DNA of 62,392 nucleotides, filler included. It is 9 parts of 9 records of this genome, joined end to end, with 100 filler letters (N's around TTAATTAATTAA, not from the genome) between each part and the next. Parts side by side here need not be neighbours in the genome. Positions count along the whole stretch, not along the records: positions 7,359 to 15,334 come from SRR31156797_13444; positions 15,435 to 22,180 come from SRR31156797_13448; 7 more parts are not named here. The stretch is one strand, 5' to 3'. The notes under the pieces were generated by a model, which saw only the letters and a list, made by a program, of their open reading frames with translations, had not been told where the DNA came from and searched no databases. Shown here piece by piece: positions 9,705-20,082 of this stretch; position 1 is the first letter of the stretch; every line of letters begins with the position of its first letter. The position numbers and the translations under genes were made by a program.

Positions 9705-11222
9705 ATGGATGCCCAGGAAAGCAAAGCGGATCAGGACAGGCCGATCGTCAAGCGGAAGCGTCGCTGGTGGATGCGGGTGTTGATTGTACTGGTCGCGCTG
9801 GCTGTCGGTGTTGTGTCATGGTGGTATTCTGGACTCTATACATCGCGGTTGGCGTGGAATGATGTACGTGAAAGGCTTCAAGCCCACGGACACCCTGTTA
9901 CATATGAGCAGTTGGAAGCCCTGCGTGAGGATGTTCCGGATGAGGTCAATGGGGCGCGAATTCTTGAAGGACTGACCGAAAAAATGGAGGACGTAAAAAA
10001 AACAGGGCGTGTGATGTTCTTCGAAGAGGATTATGACGTTCGGTCCGGATCGTACGCGTACAGAGGAATCGATCCGGAGGTGCTTTCGCAGTCGAAAGCT
10101 TTCCTGGAAAAGAACCGGGATGTCATGGAAGAACTCGCTCGCCTGGTCGACCGGCCGACCGGACGCAAAAAGGAATCGTATACGCGTTTTGCAGAGGACC
10201 CTGTCCGAACCTTGCTCCCTTCTTTTCTGCCGTATCGAAATGGCGCCAAACTGCTGGCGATTCAGGTTATCTTGAATCTGCACGCGGGTGAGGTCCAACG
10301 GGCGTTCGAATCCAATCGCCTGATGTTTTATGTCGCCGGAGCGCTGAACAATGAAATGACATTAAACGATCACCTGGTCCAGACCAGCATACTCGAAATG
10401 AGTACCAGAACCCTGGAGGATGTTCTGTGCGCTACGGAGTTACACGAGGAACAACTGAAGGAGATGCAGCATATACTTCGTGATGCGATAAAAAACTCGT
10501 CGCCGTTAAATTCAATTCGCAGTGAAATGTTGTGCGGTATCATTGTTTGTGAAAATCTGATTGTTGGAAAGCTTCCTTTTTCTGAGATTGCCTCAATTTC
10601 TGCTTCTGAATCTTTTTTGCGGAAAACCATGTTTGAACATGTACCGGAACAGACGTTTCGCAGAAGCCAGGTCATCATCGCCGAAGGCATTCTTCCGGCC
10701 CTCGATGCGGCGTCAGCAGGACAGTGGCAACAGATGCGGGAAGGGCTCGAGCATCCCATAGACTCCAAGGTGTATATACGAATGGGGAATGGCCAGCTTT
10801 CCCCCTGGAGTGAGTATCGAATCCCTGCCATGTTGTATCCGAAGATATCTCGCCCGATCGATGTTTCTCTGCGTACACGCGGTCTGATGCTGGCCGCTGT
10901 GACGGCCTTAGCGGCAGAACAATATCAACTGGACCGCGGACGGTTCCCTGAATCACTGGATCAGCTTGTGCCGGATTATCTCGATGACGTTCCGCTTGAT
11001 CCGTTTGACGGAAAGCCGCTTCGGTACATGTCCACGGATGAAGGGGTTCTGTTCTACACCATTGGTGATGATGAGGTCGATGATGGCGGCTCGATCGACA
11101 GGATATGGAACGAAGAGAAGGAAAGATACGATCGTCCTCGCGATTACGGTTTCCGGCTGCTGAATCCTGAAAGCCGCGGTGTACGGATTCTGGAAACGTC
11201 GGAAGATCAGTCAGGCGAATAG
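9705..11222 (+). CDS. Membrane-anchored hypothetical protein, tandem paralog 2
   Basis: Same architecture and motifs as paralog 1 (GRVMFFE, QSKAFL, PTGR, SQVIIA, DPFDGKPLRY, DDGG, GFRLLNPE). Confidence 0.85.
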   Translation: MDAQESKADQDRPIVKRKRRWWMRVLIVLVALAVGVVSWWYSGLYTSRLAWNDVRERLQAHGHPVTYEQLEALREDVPDEVNGARILEGLTEKMEDVKKTGRVMFFEEDYDVRSGSYAYRGIDPEVLSQSKAFLEKNRDVMEELARLVDRPTGRKKESYTRFAEDPVRTLLPSFLPYRNGAKLLAIQVILNLHAGEVQRAFESNRLMFYVAGALNNEMTLNDHLVQTSILEMSTRTLEDVLCATELHEEQLKEMQHILRDAIKNSSPLNSIRSEMLCGIIVCENLIVGKLPFSEIASISASESFLRKTMFEHVPEQTFRRSQVIIAEGILPALDAASAGQWQQMREGLEHPIDSKVYIRMGNGQLSPWSEYRIPAMLYPKISRPIDVSLRTRGLMLAAVTALAAEQYQLDRGRFPESLDQLVPDYLDDVPLDPFDGKPLRYMSTDEGVLFYTIGDDEVDDGGSIDRIWNEEKERYDRPRDYGFRLLNPESRGVRILETSEDQSGE

Positions 11223-11258
11223 CCGAAACGGCCGCTGGGAAATGAAAGGGATAGATGT

Positions 11259-12767
11259 ATGTCAGAACAGGATAAACCAGTTGTCAAAAAGAAGCGTCGC
11301 TGGCTCAAGCGAGTCTTGTTTGTGCTTGTAGTGCTTGGGATCGGCGTAGCAGCGTGGTGGTATGCCGGGCTCTCTTCGGCACGGAAGGCGTGGGATGAAG
11401 CTCGTGAGAAGATCAAGGCCCACGGACATCCTGTAAATTTCCTGCAGCTGGAAGAACTTCGCGAGGACATGCCTGACAATGAAAACGGCTATCTGATCGT
11501 TGAAGGCCTGGATGACCGGATGTCGAAGATGAAGATCGGCGAGCGTGTCATGTTCTTTGAGAAGAATGATATCGGCAAGCCGGGCTTGTATGTGAGAAAC
11601 GGGATCGACCAGGACATGCTGGACCAGTCGAAAGCCTTTCTCGACCAACACCACGACATCCTGGAAGAACTGACCAGGCTGGAAGACCGGCCGTCCGGTC
11701 GACGGAAAATGTCGTATAAAAGTTGTACCGATGGCCCTCTTGAAATGATGCTCCCTTCGTTATCCTCGTTCCGGGCGTTTGCAAAAATGCTGGCACTTCA
11801 GTCCATCGTCGCTGTGCAGGCCGGGGATGTGGATACGGCAGTGGAGTCCAATCGTTTGATTCTTCGTGTTGGTTCAGCATTGGAAAACGAGATGACGCTG
11901 ATCGAGCACCTGGTCAGGATCGGTATACTCAACACGGGATCCCGATCCCTGGAAGAGATGCTTTGTGCGGCAGAGCTGAATACCGATCAACTGGAAAGCC
12001 TGCAACGTCAGTACCAGGGAGCGTTGAAAACGATTAACCCGCTGAACCCCTTTCGCTTCGAACTGTTGTGCCAGATCTTTGTCTGTGAAAACATGATCGG
12101 TGTAAAGTACAAGATTCCTGCTTATGGTACTTCAGATGAAACCGGTTCGTTTCTCAGGGAGGTGATGGAGGAGAACATGCCGGAAGAAACGCTCCGGAAA
12201 AGCCAGGTCATCATCGCGGACTCTTTTCTGCCCATCCTGGATGCGGCTTCAAACCAGCAATGGCAGCAGTTGATGGATGAGGTCGAACAACAGGAATCCG
12301 ACTGGATGAACTTTTCTATGGCCATTAAACGACGTCATCCCTGGAGTGAATATCGCATCCCGGGAATGCTGATGCCAGGTTTTTCCTATGCGACCGAGGT
12401 GACGCTGAGAGCTCGAGGTGTTGTTGAGTCCACGGTTGCAGCTCTGGCCGCAGAGCGATACCGGCTGGATTTCGGCCATTTCCCGAATTCACTGGATGAA
12501 CTGGTGCCGGACTACCTGGAGTCGGTTCCGGAAGATCCGTTTGACGATAAGCCCCTGCGGTATGCCCGGACGGATGAAGGCGTGGTGTTCTACACGATCG
12601 ACACGAACGAGGTGGATGATGGCGGTTCTATCGACAAGCTCTGGAATGAAAAGGAAGGCGAATACGATGATGCCCTGGATGTCGGCTTCCGGCTGCTGAA
12701 TCCCGAAAATCGCGGCGTACGGATTGTGGAACCACAACAGGAAGAAGAGCGTGATTCGTTTCAATGA
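11259..12767 (+). CDS. Membrane-anchored hypothetical protein, tandem paralog 3
   Basis: Same motifs as paralogs 1-2. Confidence 0.85.
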   Translation: MSEQDKPVVKKKRRWLKRVLFVLVVLGIGVAAWWYAGLSSARKAWDEAREKIKAHGHPVNFLQLEELREDMPDNENGYLIVEGLDDRMSKMKIGERVMFFEKNDIGKPGLYVRNGIDQDMLDQSKAFLDQHHDILEELTRLEDRPSGRRKMSYKSCTDGPLEMMLPSLSSFRAFAKMLALQSIVAVQAGDVDTAVESNRLILRVGSALENEMTLIEHLVRIGILNTGSRSLEEMLCAAELNTDQLESLQRQYQGALKTINPLNPFRFELLCQIFVCENMIGVKYKIPAYGTSDETGSFLREVMEENMPEETLRKSQVIIADSFLPILDAASNQQWQQLMDEVEQQESDWMNFSMAIKRRHPWSEYRIPGMLMPGFSYATEVTLRARGVVESTVAALAAERYRLDFGHFPNSLDELVPDYLESVPEDPFDDKPLRYARTDEGVVFYTIDTNEVDDGGSIDKLWNEKEGEYDDALDVGFRLLNPENRGVRIVEPQQEEERDSFQ

Positions 12768-12783
12768 GTAATGAAAGGAATGG

Positions 12784-14298
12784 GTGAAGGTGGCGGATCC
12801 AACATTAAATAAGACTCAGAGGAAATGGGAGAAGAGGAAGATAGCCCTTCTTGTGCTTGTTGTTCTCCTTGTCGGTTTTGCAGCCAGGTGGCAGATTGGA
12901 CTGTCCATGGCACGGAGCGACTGGCAGAATTTGCGTGAGAAAGTGCATACAGATGGTTATCCGGTGACGTTCGAGCAACTGGAAGAAATCCGTGAAGATG
13001 TTCCGCCGGATCGCAACAGTGCCCTGGTGATTGAGGATCTTTATGATGAACTGGATGCTATCGAAGATCGAGGACGAGTACTGTTCTTTGAAGAGGAAAA
13101 AGAGAGGGGGCGTTTATCTGGTACTGCTGTCCGTAAGGAAGTTGATGCTCAATGCTATTTTCAATCAAAAGCGTTTCTGGAGCAGCATCGGGAGATTGCT
13201 GATGCACTGACTCGATTATCCAGCCGTCCCACGGGCAGACCTCGCGAGTCATATCTGGCCTGCAAGGGAAATCCCTACAGCACGAGTGGGACGCCACTCG
13301 TGCCGTATCGTAAAGCTGCAAAACTTCTCTGGCTGCAAACGCTTCTCCGGTTTGTGGAAGAAGATTCAGGGGGAGCTCTTGAATCCAGCCACCTGATTTT
13401 TCAGGTTGCAGGAGCATTGGATAATGAATGGATGATTGTTCACCATCTTGTGCAACAGAGTATTCTGGCTATGGGGGTGGACTCTCTTGAAGCGACTTTG
13501 TCTGCTGGGCAGTGCGACGCGGATCAACTTGGCATGATGCAAGATCTCTTGCGGTTCAGGATTGAGCGACTCAATCCTCAGAAAGGCTTGAGTGGAGAGT
13601 TGCTTCATCAAGTTGCTGTTTTTGATCAGATGGTAATTGAAAAAGATTTGTTGAAAAACGTTCATTCGTTCGACGATCTGTCCTACGTGTTTACGCGTGA
13701 TCTATCTGTCTGGCAGGCGGAAGAAACTCTTCGCGAGAGCCAGATTGTCATGACAGAGAATCTTTATCCAATGCTGGAAGCTGCTGCTGATTGTCAGTGG
13801 GTAACGCTTCGTGACGAAAGCCGGAAGCTGGAAACCAGAATTGATCAGATGCAGGATGTCAGATTGCGATTCAATCCCTGGAATGAATATGTGTACCCTT
13901 CAACGAATTCTTCGTCTTTTCAGAGGACCGTGGAGCAGTTTCTGATGCTGCGTGGTAGAATGTTGTCAGCCGAGACCGCGATGGCGGTCGAACGATTCCG
14001 AATTGCAACCGGCAGCTTTCCTGATTCCCTGGATCTGCTTGTGCCGGATTATATTGCCGAAATCCCGGTTGATCCCTTTAACGAAGAACCTCTTCGATAC
14101 ATCAGGACGGATGAAGGGGTTGTTGTGTACTCTGTGAATCACAATGTTCAGGATGATGGCGGCGCGATTGATCCAATTTGGGTCGAAAAAGAAAAACGGC
14201 ACAAGTGGCCCCTGGATACGGGCTTCCGGCTGCTGAATCCCGAGGTTCGCGGAGTCCGGATTGTGGAACCGCCTCAGCAGGATGAGAACGAAGAGTAA
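12784..14298 (+). CDS. Membrane-anchored hypothetical protein, tandem paralog 4
   Basis: Same motifs, more diverged; GTG start. Confidence 0.85.
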   Translation: MKVADPTLNKTQRKWEKRKIALLVLVVLLVGFAARWQIGLSMARSDWQNLREKVHTDGYPVTFEQLEEIREDVPPDRNSALVIEDLYDELDAIEDRGRVLFFEEEKERGRLSGTAVRKEVDAQCYFQSKAFLEQHREIADALTRLSSRPTGRPRESYLACKGNPYSTSGTPLVPYRKAAKLLWLQTLLRFVEEDSGGALESSHLIFQVAGALDNEWMIVHHLVQQSILAMGVDSLEATLSAGQCDADQLGMMQDLLRFRIERLNPQKGLSGELLHQVAVFDQMVIEKDLLKNVHSFDDLSYVFTRDLSVWQAEETLRESQIVMTENLYPMLEAAADCQWVTLRDESRKLETRIDQMQDVRLRFNPWNEYVYPSTNSSSFQRTVEQFLMLRGRMLSAETAMAVERFRIATGSFPDSLDLLVPDYIAEIPVDPFNEEPLRYIRTDEGVVVYSVNHNVQDDGGAIDPIWVEKEKRHKWPLDTGFRLLNPEVRGVRIVEPPQQDENEE

Positions 14299-14331
14299 CA
14301 TTCCCCCGGAAGATGAAAGGAAGGATCGGAC

Positions 14332-15334
14332 ATGCCAGAGCTGCCTTTGCAGAACAAAACGTGGAAACAGCGGCTGTGGAGGACGATCAAGATCGGGCTG
14401 GTGGTCTTTTCTATTCTTGCGGTGGTGGTTGTCGTTCGCTGGCAGGCGGGGTTGTGGATGGCTCGTAGTGCGTGGAATAATGCCGTCAAAGAGTTTGCAA
14501 CTCATGGGCATCCCATGACCTTTACCGAACTCGAGGCGCTTCGCGACACGGTGTTTCCTGAAGAAAACGCGGCAGAGGTGATCGAGGAATATGCCAAAGA
14601 CTGGAATTTCCTGGTTGGGGGCAAGCGCGTGATGTACTTCGAAACGGAAACACGCCGGACGTCCGGATCCTATTTCTTTGCCGGAATCGAGCCCGATGCA
14701 TTGGCCGAGTCGAAAGCGTTTTACGAGAAGCACCGTGATCTTGCCGACAGATTCTCTCAACTGAAAGGCAGATACACAGGCAAGAGCAGCTTTTCCTATG
14801 ATTTCTCAGACGAAGAAGATATCACGCAGGTGTTGCTGCCGTCGTTGTCACCGTGCCGGGAGGCAAATAAATTCCTCCGCCTGCAGACCGCATTGCTGCT
14901 GGAGGAAGGAAAACGGCAGGAAGCGGTCGACTCCTGTGTTCTCCAGTTCAATTCGGCTGCTTCTCTGGATAATGATATGTCCATTATCAGTCACCTGGTC
15001 CAGGCGGCGTGCCTGAGGCTGTGTATCGGGACCGTGGAGGATATTCTGAGAACGGGGGATCTGACGCCCGATCAGGTCGAGCAACTGATCCATTCCGTCG
15101 ATCATGCCCTGGAGCATTGCATTCCATGGTATGGACTGTGTTTCGGATTATTATTCGCTACTGCGAGTTACGATCAGGCGACAGACAAAACCCTGTCCTG
15201 TATTAATTTCTCACTGTTCAATGCGTGGGATCTCAAGCCTTTTATTGAAAAAGCTTCCGAATGGCAGCCCGGGGAAACGATCATCCAGAGCAAGGTCGTG
15301 ATGCTGGAATGGATGCTACCGTTTCTGAATGCCG
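14332..15334 (+). CDS. Membrane-anchored hypothetical protein, tandem paralog 5, 3'-truncated
   Basis: TM helix, GHPMTF, RVMYFE, GIEP..ESKAFY; truncated by linker. Confidence 0.8.
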
Positions 15335-15434
15335 NNNNNNNNNNNNNNNNNNNNNNNNNNNNNNNNNNNNNNNNNNNNTTAATTAATTAANNNNNNNNNN
15401 NNNNNNNNNNNNNNNNNNNNNNNNNNNNNNNNNN

Positions 15435-16123
15435 ATGATTTTATAAATAACAAGTTTACCCGGTATGTCGATAATAGAAACCAGCCCCAAACAGACGATA
15501 TTTCCCATATGAGCCCGTATCTCCACTTTGGACAGATTTCGCCGCTCTCCATTGCCTTAAAGATTAAACAGGCCGACGACAGTCTTCAAACGGCCAGAGA
15601 ATCCTACCTGGAAGAGCTTATTGTCAGGCGCGAACTGGCCATGAATTTTGTCAACCATACGCTGAACTATGATTCCTATCACTGTCTGCCGAACTGGGCG
15701 CAAAAAACATTGGCCGAGCATGAAGACGACCCGAGGCAATACATATATTCCCGACAGGAGCTGGAAGACGCACAGACCCACGACCTATACTGGAACGCGG
15801 CCATGAAGGAAATGAAATACACCGGCTTCATGCATAATTACATGCGCATGTACTGGGGAAAGAAAATTCTTGAATGGTCTGAATCCCCCCGACAAGCATT
15901 TGAAACAATGCTGGCCGTTAACAACAAGTATTTTCTTGACGGCCGTGATCCCAATTCCTTTACCGGGGCCGCCTGGATTTTCGGAGTGCACGACCGGGCC
16001 TGGTTTGAACGTCCCATTTTCGGAAAAATTCGTTACATGGCCGCTTCCGGCCTGGAAAGAAAATGCGACATTAGAGGCTATGTGAGGAAGATAGACGATC
16101 TGGTTTCGAAGCTCGAAGCATAA
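15435..16123 (+). CDS. Class II CPD photolyase, C-terminal FAD-binding part (5'-truncated)
   Basis: SPYLHFGQIS, EELIVRRELA, MHNYMRMYWGKKILEW, LDGRDPN, IFGKIRYM. Confidence 0.92.
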
Positions 16124-16188
16124 ATATTCAGGCCTTGGCGATCCGACGCCGCGATTCTTGTTACCTGACTTTAGCCTCATTATGTTTT

Positions 16189-18126
16189 TCAGGAACGGCG
16201 GCCGCCCTGGGGATATTCATTCAAAGGCCGCAGCCCGGGGCCGTCCCATTTTTCATATTCCCCGTCCTTTTCCAGCGCGTCGCTGACATAACCCAGGCCC
16301 AGGGATTCCATGGTTTGCCTTACCGGGACGCCGGTTATGGGATCGTAGCCATGGACCCGGTAGTAGGCCCGGACGGATTCAAAATGATCCTGCAGTTCTT
16401 TCCTGCCTTCTTCGGAAAACTTTTTGTCGGGCTTTTGAGGCAGGCAGTCATGTTCAGCCTTAATCCCCTGCCTGATGTTAAAAGCCCTTTCGATTGCATT
16501 TATCCGGTCGGCCGTCTTTTCAATTTTTTCACTGTCGAATTCAATGCCCGTGGCCGCGCCGATCAAATCCGCCAATCCCTGCCAGATGGGATTCTTCCAG
16601 ATTAGCGGCACCGCGCAGGTCCATGTGTTTACCGCGCCCTTGCAGCGTCCTATGGAATCGGCCAGGGCGGCCGCCCTTTCGCCGATAATAACATCGCTTA
16701 TCTCATCTCCGGCCAGCAAGCTTTCATCCACCATTCTTTTTAAAATATCCTCGTCGGAATTATCGCCGGCCGCCCAGCTTCTGCCGCGGAGATGATCGGC
16801 CCCCCGCGTCGAAACCGCGTGGGCCAATGCGAACAACCCGGGCGGATGCGGCCCTCTGCTCAATCCCTTGACATGGTAGCAATAATCCATGGCCTTATCG
16901 CCAAGGGCCTTAGCCAATCCGAACAATCCTTCGGCGACCACGGCCCCGAATCCCTCTCTCATGACGGTTCTGTGGATGAGTTCGATCTGGGATTCGGCAT
17001 CTTCCCAGTCGAGGCGAATCCCGCCCGTATCGTTCTCATCTATAATGCCCCGGTTATATAAATCCTTGGCCAGGGCAATTGTGTTGCCCACGGCTATGAC
17101 ATCGACTCCATATTTATCGGACAGGTTTTCCATTTCCATTATAGCCACAGGGTCTTCAATGCCGCAGTTGACGCCCAGGCAGTATATGCACTCGTATTCA
17201 AGCGCCTCCCCGATTTCGCCCTTGCGTCTCCCTGACGGGATTTCATAGATATTCTTACACTTGACATGACAGCTCTTACAACCGGCCCGGCCTGTTTCAT
17301 ACTCTTTCCAGGCTTCCGGCCTTAACGCCTCGGGAACTTCTTCCGGCTCCAGCTCCTTTTGAAAATTTCTATAGCCCGGACGCCAGTTAACCATGCCGTA
17401 ATGGGAGCCGTAAACGGAAGCAACTTCTTTCTGCACCCTGTCTTCGCGCAGATATTTGTTATCCGCGCCGGCCAGGGCCGCATATGTTTTTCTATCAGCC
17501 GTCTTTATTTTTCCACTGCCTTTTACCGCAATGGCCTTGATCTTCTTGGCCCCCCAAACCGCGCCGCTGCCCCTGGCCGCGGATGCATATTTGTCCACCA
17601 TGGTCGACGCCTGCCGGACCAGGTTTTCTCCAGCCTGTCCAATGCAGGCCGCGCTTATGCCCGGTCCGTGTTTTTCAATCAGGCGATCAGTCGTCTCCCA
17701 GACGTCCAGCCCCCACAAATCTGATGCATCGAGCAGTTCAACCTTTTCATCTTCTATAAGCAAATATACCGGTTTTTCCGCTTCGCCCCTTATCACAACC
17801 TGGTCGTAACCGGCTTTCTTAATGCCATGGGCAATTGATCCGCCCACGTTGCCGTCTCCCAAAATACCGCTATACGGAGAAAGCGTACTCACATGTAGGC
17901 GTCCGGTCAATCCAAGCGGCGTTCCGGTCAAAAGCCCGGGCGCAAGGCAAAGAATGTTTTCCGGCCCCAAGGGGTCGGCGCCCGGCGGGATCTCGTCAAA
18001 AAGCCTTTTGGCGTTCAATCCCCTTCCGCCAAGAAACATTTCCGCTTCTTTCGGGTCGAGGTCTTCTTTGACTATTTCCATTTTGGTCAGGTCTATAATT
18101 AGAATCCGTCCATTCCAGGAATACAT
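16189..18126 (-). CDS. Aldehyde:ferredoxin oxidoreductase (W/Mo AOR) family protein
   Basis: LGGRGL, DPLGPEN, CIGQAGENLV, CxxCxxxC (CKSCHVKC), EYE, STRGADH. Confidence 0.88.
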   Translation of the reverse strand: MYSWNGRILIIDLTKMEIVKEDLDPKEAEMFLGGRGLNAKRLFDEIPPGADPLGPENILCLAPGLLTGTPLGLTGRLHVSTLSPYSGILGDGNVGGSIAHGIKKAGYDQVVIRGEAEKPVYLLIEDEKVELLDASDLWGLDVWETTDRLIEKHGPGISAACIGQAGENLVRQASTMVDKYASAARGSGAVWGAKKIKAIAVKGSGKIKTADRKTYAALAGADNKYLREDRVQKEVASVYGSHYGMVNWRPGYRNFQKELEPEEVPEALRPEAWKEYETGRAGCKSCHVKCKNIYEIPSGRRKGEIGEALEYECIYCLGVNCGIEDPVAIMEMENLSDKYGVDVIAVGNTIALAKDLYNRGIIDENDTGGIRLDWEDAESQIELIHRTVMREGFGAVVAEGLFGLAKALGDKAMDYCYHVKGLSRGPHPPGLFALAHAVSTRGADHLRGRSWAAGDNSDEDILKRMVDESLLAGDEISDVIIGERAAALADSIGRCKGAVNTWTCAVPLIWKNPIWQGLADLIGAATGIEFDSEKIEKTADRINAIERAFNIRQGIKAEHDCLPQKPDKKFSEEGRKELQDHFESVRAYYRVHGYDPITGVPVRQTMESLGLGYVSDALEKDGEYEKWDGPGLRPLNEYPQGGRRS

Positions 18127-18413
18127 AAATACTCTCCCGGTTGCTTAGTTGATTATTAGGCCGCGTATATAGAAAACAGTTCCGCCTATTCTTATTATTT
18201 TAAAGCTCTGACAGCCCGACCGCAATAAACATGGCCGATGTCCTTGATTACGAAAACATATTGACACCTTTCCGCTTGCTTCCTAATATCCGTGGTAATC
18301 CATGCCGCATTACGGCGGATTGAATTAATTGCATCTTCGCCCGCCTCGACACTGGAATAAGGCCAAATTCATGGACAGGCGCCGACTGATAGCAAGACAG
18401 GATTGACACCATT

Positions 18414-18815
18414 ATGGTCTCAAAAAAAAACATGTGGACAATAAGCCAGTTAGCCTCGGAATTTGACATCAGCACCAGAACCATTCGATTTTATGAGGAA
18501 AAAAATCTTCTCTGCCCTGAAAGAAGCCCCGGCGGACATCGTAAATATTCCAGGCGCGAAAGGGCGCGGCTCAAGTTGATATTGAGGGGCAAACGTTTCG
18601 GGCACAGTCTTGAGGAAATTGCGGAGATGATAGGTCTTGCCTCGGACAACATGGACGAGCGGGAACAGATAAAAAAGACCATGGCTTACGGCGATAGAAA
18701 CCTTGCTGAAATAAAAAGAAAAATAGAAGAATTGCAGCTTATGGAGGCGGAAATAACCAGCATGAAGCAAAGGCTGCTTGTTCGACTGGCCGAACTGGAT
18801 GCAGAGGAAGAATAA
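18414..18815 (+). CDS. MerR-family transcriptional regulator (LiuR-like)
   Basis: TISQLASEFDISTRTIRFYEE..RLKLILRGKRFG.SLEEI. Confidence 0.88.
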   Translation: MVSKKNMWTISQLASEFDISTRTIRFYEEKNLLCPERSPGGHRKYSRRERARLKLILRGKRFGHSLEEIAEMIGLASDNMDEREQIKKTMAYGDRNLAEIKRKIEELQLMEAEITSMKQRLLVRLAELDAEEE

Positions 18816-18837
18816 TCTGCTGCCGCATAAAAAATAT

Positions 18838-18867
18838 TTGACAATAACCCACTTGTCTCTATATAAT
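18838..18867 (+). promoter_or_regulatory. Sigma70 promoter of the Fur/PerR gene
   Basis: TTGACA (18838)-N18-TATAAT (18862). Confidence 0.6.
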
Positions 18868-18874
18868 TCCTATT

Positions 18875-18889
18875 TAAGAATAGTTCTTA
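18875..18889. promoter_or_regulatory. Candidate PerR/Fur operator
   Basis: TAAGAATAGTTCTTA, 7-1-7 near-palindrome; related copy upstream of rbr. Confidence 0.6.
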
Positions 18890-18901
18890 TTGGATGATTG
18901 C

Positions 18902-19354
18902 ATGCTGGACAGCCATAAAATTGTTACCGAGGAACAAATCGACCATTTTGAAGAGACCTGCCGTGAAGCAGGCCTCAAGATAACCCACCAACGTCTTGAA
19001 ATATTTAAAGAACTGGCTTCCAGAACCGACCATCCTTCAGCAGACATGGTCTACCGGAGCATCAAGGAAAAAATGCCCACCGTGGCCCTGGATACTGTGT
19101 ATAGAACCCTGGCCACATTCGAACATTATGGGTTGATCGCCAGAGTCATGGCCTTTGACGATCACGCCCGTTTTGACGCCGACCTTTATCCGCACCATCA
19201 CATGGTTTGCACCGAATGCGGAAGCATCATGGACTTTTGCTGGGAAAAACTCGATGGACTGGACACGCCCCCCGAAGCCGGCGCCTGGGGCAGCATCACT
19301 CACAGACACATTGTTTTAAGAGGCATCTGCCGCGACTGTATGTCGTGCCGTTAA
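18902..19354 (+). CDS. Fur-family regulator, PerR-like
   Basis: HPSAD, TVYRTL, HHHMVCTEC, CRDC. Confidence 0.88.
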   Translation: MLDSHKIVTEEQIDHFEETCREAGLKITHQRLEIFKELASRTDHPSADMVYRSIKEKMPTVALDTVYRTLATFEHYGLIARVMAFDDHARFDADLYPHHHMVCTECGSIMDFCWEKLDGLDTPPEAGAWGSITHRHIVLRGICRDCMSCR

Positions 19355-19407
19355 AATAATTCGCAACCTTGAAATATGGGAGGATAGAGTATAATCTTGC
19401 CAATAAA

Positions 19408-19422
19408 TAAGAATAATTCCTA
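19408..19422. promoter_or_regulatory. Candidate PerR/Fur operator upstream of rubrerythrin
   Basis: TAAGAATAATTCCTA, 13/15 identical to the 18875 box. Confidence 0.6.
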
Positions 19423-19482
19423 AATACAACTCAATGTCAAATAGACCAAAATATATATCAATTCAAATCAAAGGAGGAAAGA

Positions 19483-19977
19483 ATGTCTAAAACAGATCAG
19501 AATCTACAAGAAGCATTTGCCGGTGAATCACAAGCCAACAGGAAATATTTGGCCTTTGCCAAGGCCGCTGACAAAGAAGGCTACAAAAGAGCAGCCAAGC
19601 TGTTCAGGGCCGCGGCCGCGGCTGAAACAATTCACGCCCACGCCCACCTCAAGGTTCTGGGCGGCATCAGGTCGACCGAGGAAAACCTCAAGGAAGCCAT
19701 TGCCGGTGAAACCCACGAATTCAAATCCATGTACCCGGGCATGATTGAAGAAGCCCAGGCCGAAGGAAATAAAAAAGCCGAGCGTTCCTTTAATTACGCC
19801 AACGAAGTTGAAAAGGTCCATGCCGCCCTGTACCAGAAAGCCCTGGACAACCTGGGCTCTGATGAAGATACGGACTTTTGGGTATGTCCGCTGTGCGGGT
19901 ACACCTGTGAAGACGAGCCTCCGGACAACTGCCCGGTTTGCAAGGCCAAGAAGGATTCTTTTTTCAAGGTCGACTAA
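19483..19977 (+). CDS. rbr: Rubrerythrin
   Basis: AFAGESQANRKY, ETIHA, EKVHA, CPLC..CPVC. Confidence 0.93.
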   Translation: MSKTDQNLQEAFAGESQANRKYLAFAKAADKEGYKRAAKLFRAAAAAETIHAHAHLKVLGGIRSTEENLKEAIAGETHEFKSMYPGMIEEAQAEGNKKAERSFNYANEVEKVHAALYQKALDNLGSDEDTDFWVCPLCGYTCEDEPPDNCPVCKAKKDSFFKVD

Positions 19978-20082
19978 CCGATTAATAATTCACTCCCCGC
20001 GCCGTATCGCGGGGATAAATCTTTTATGAGGCATAACCGCCCCCTGTAGGGGGTGAGGAAACTCCAAGAAGGAGGACAATTA

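Noticed and set aside
8181-15334. Paralog array as a DGR target or recent duplication
   Set aside because: No RT or template repeat on the contig; differences are spread across all bases rather than adenine-specific
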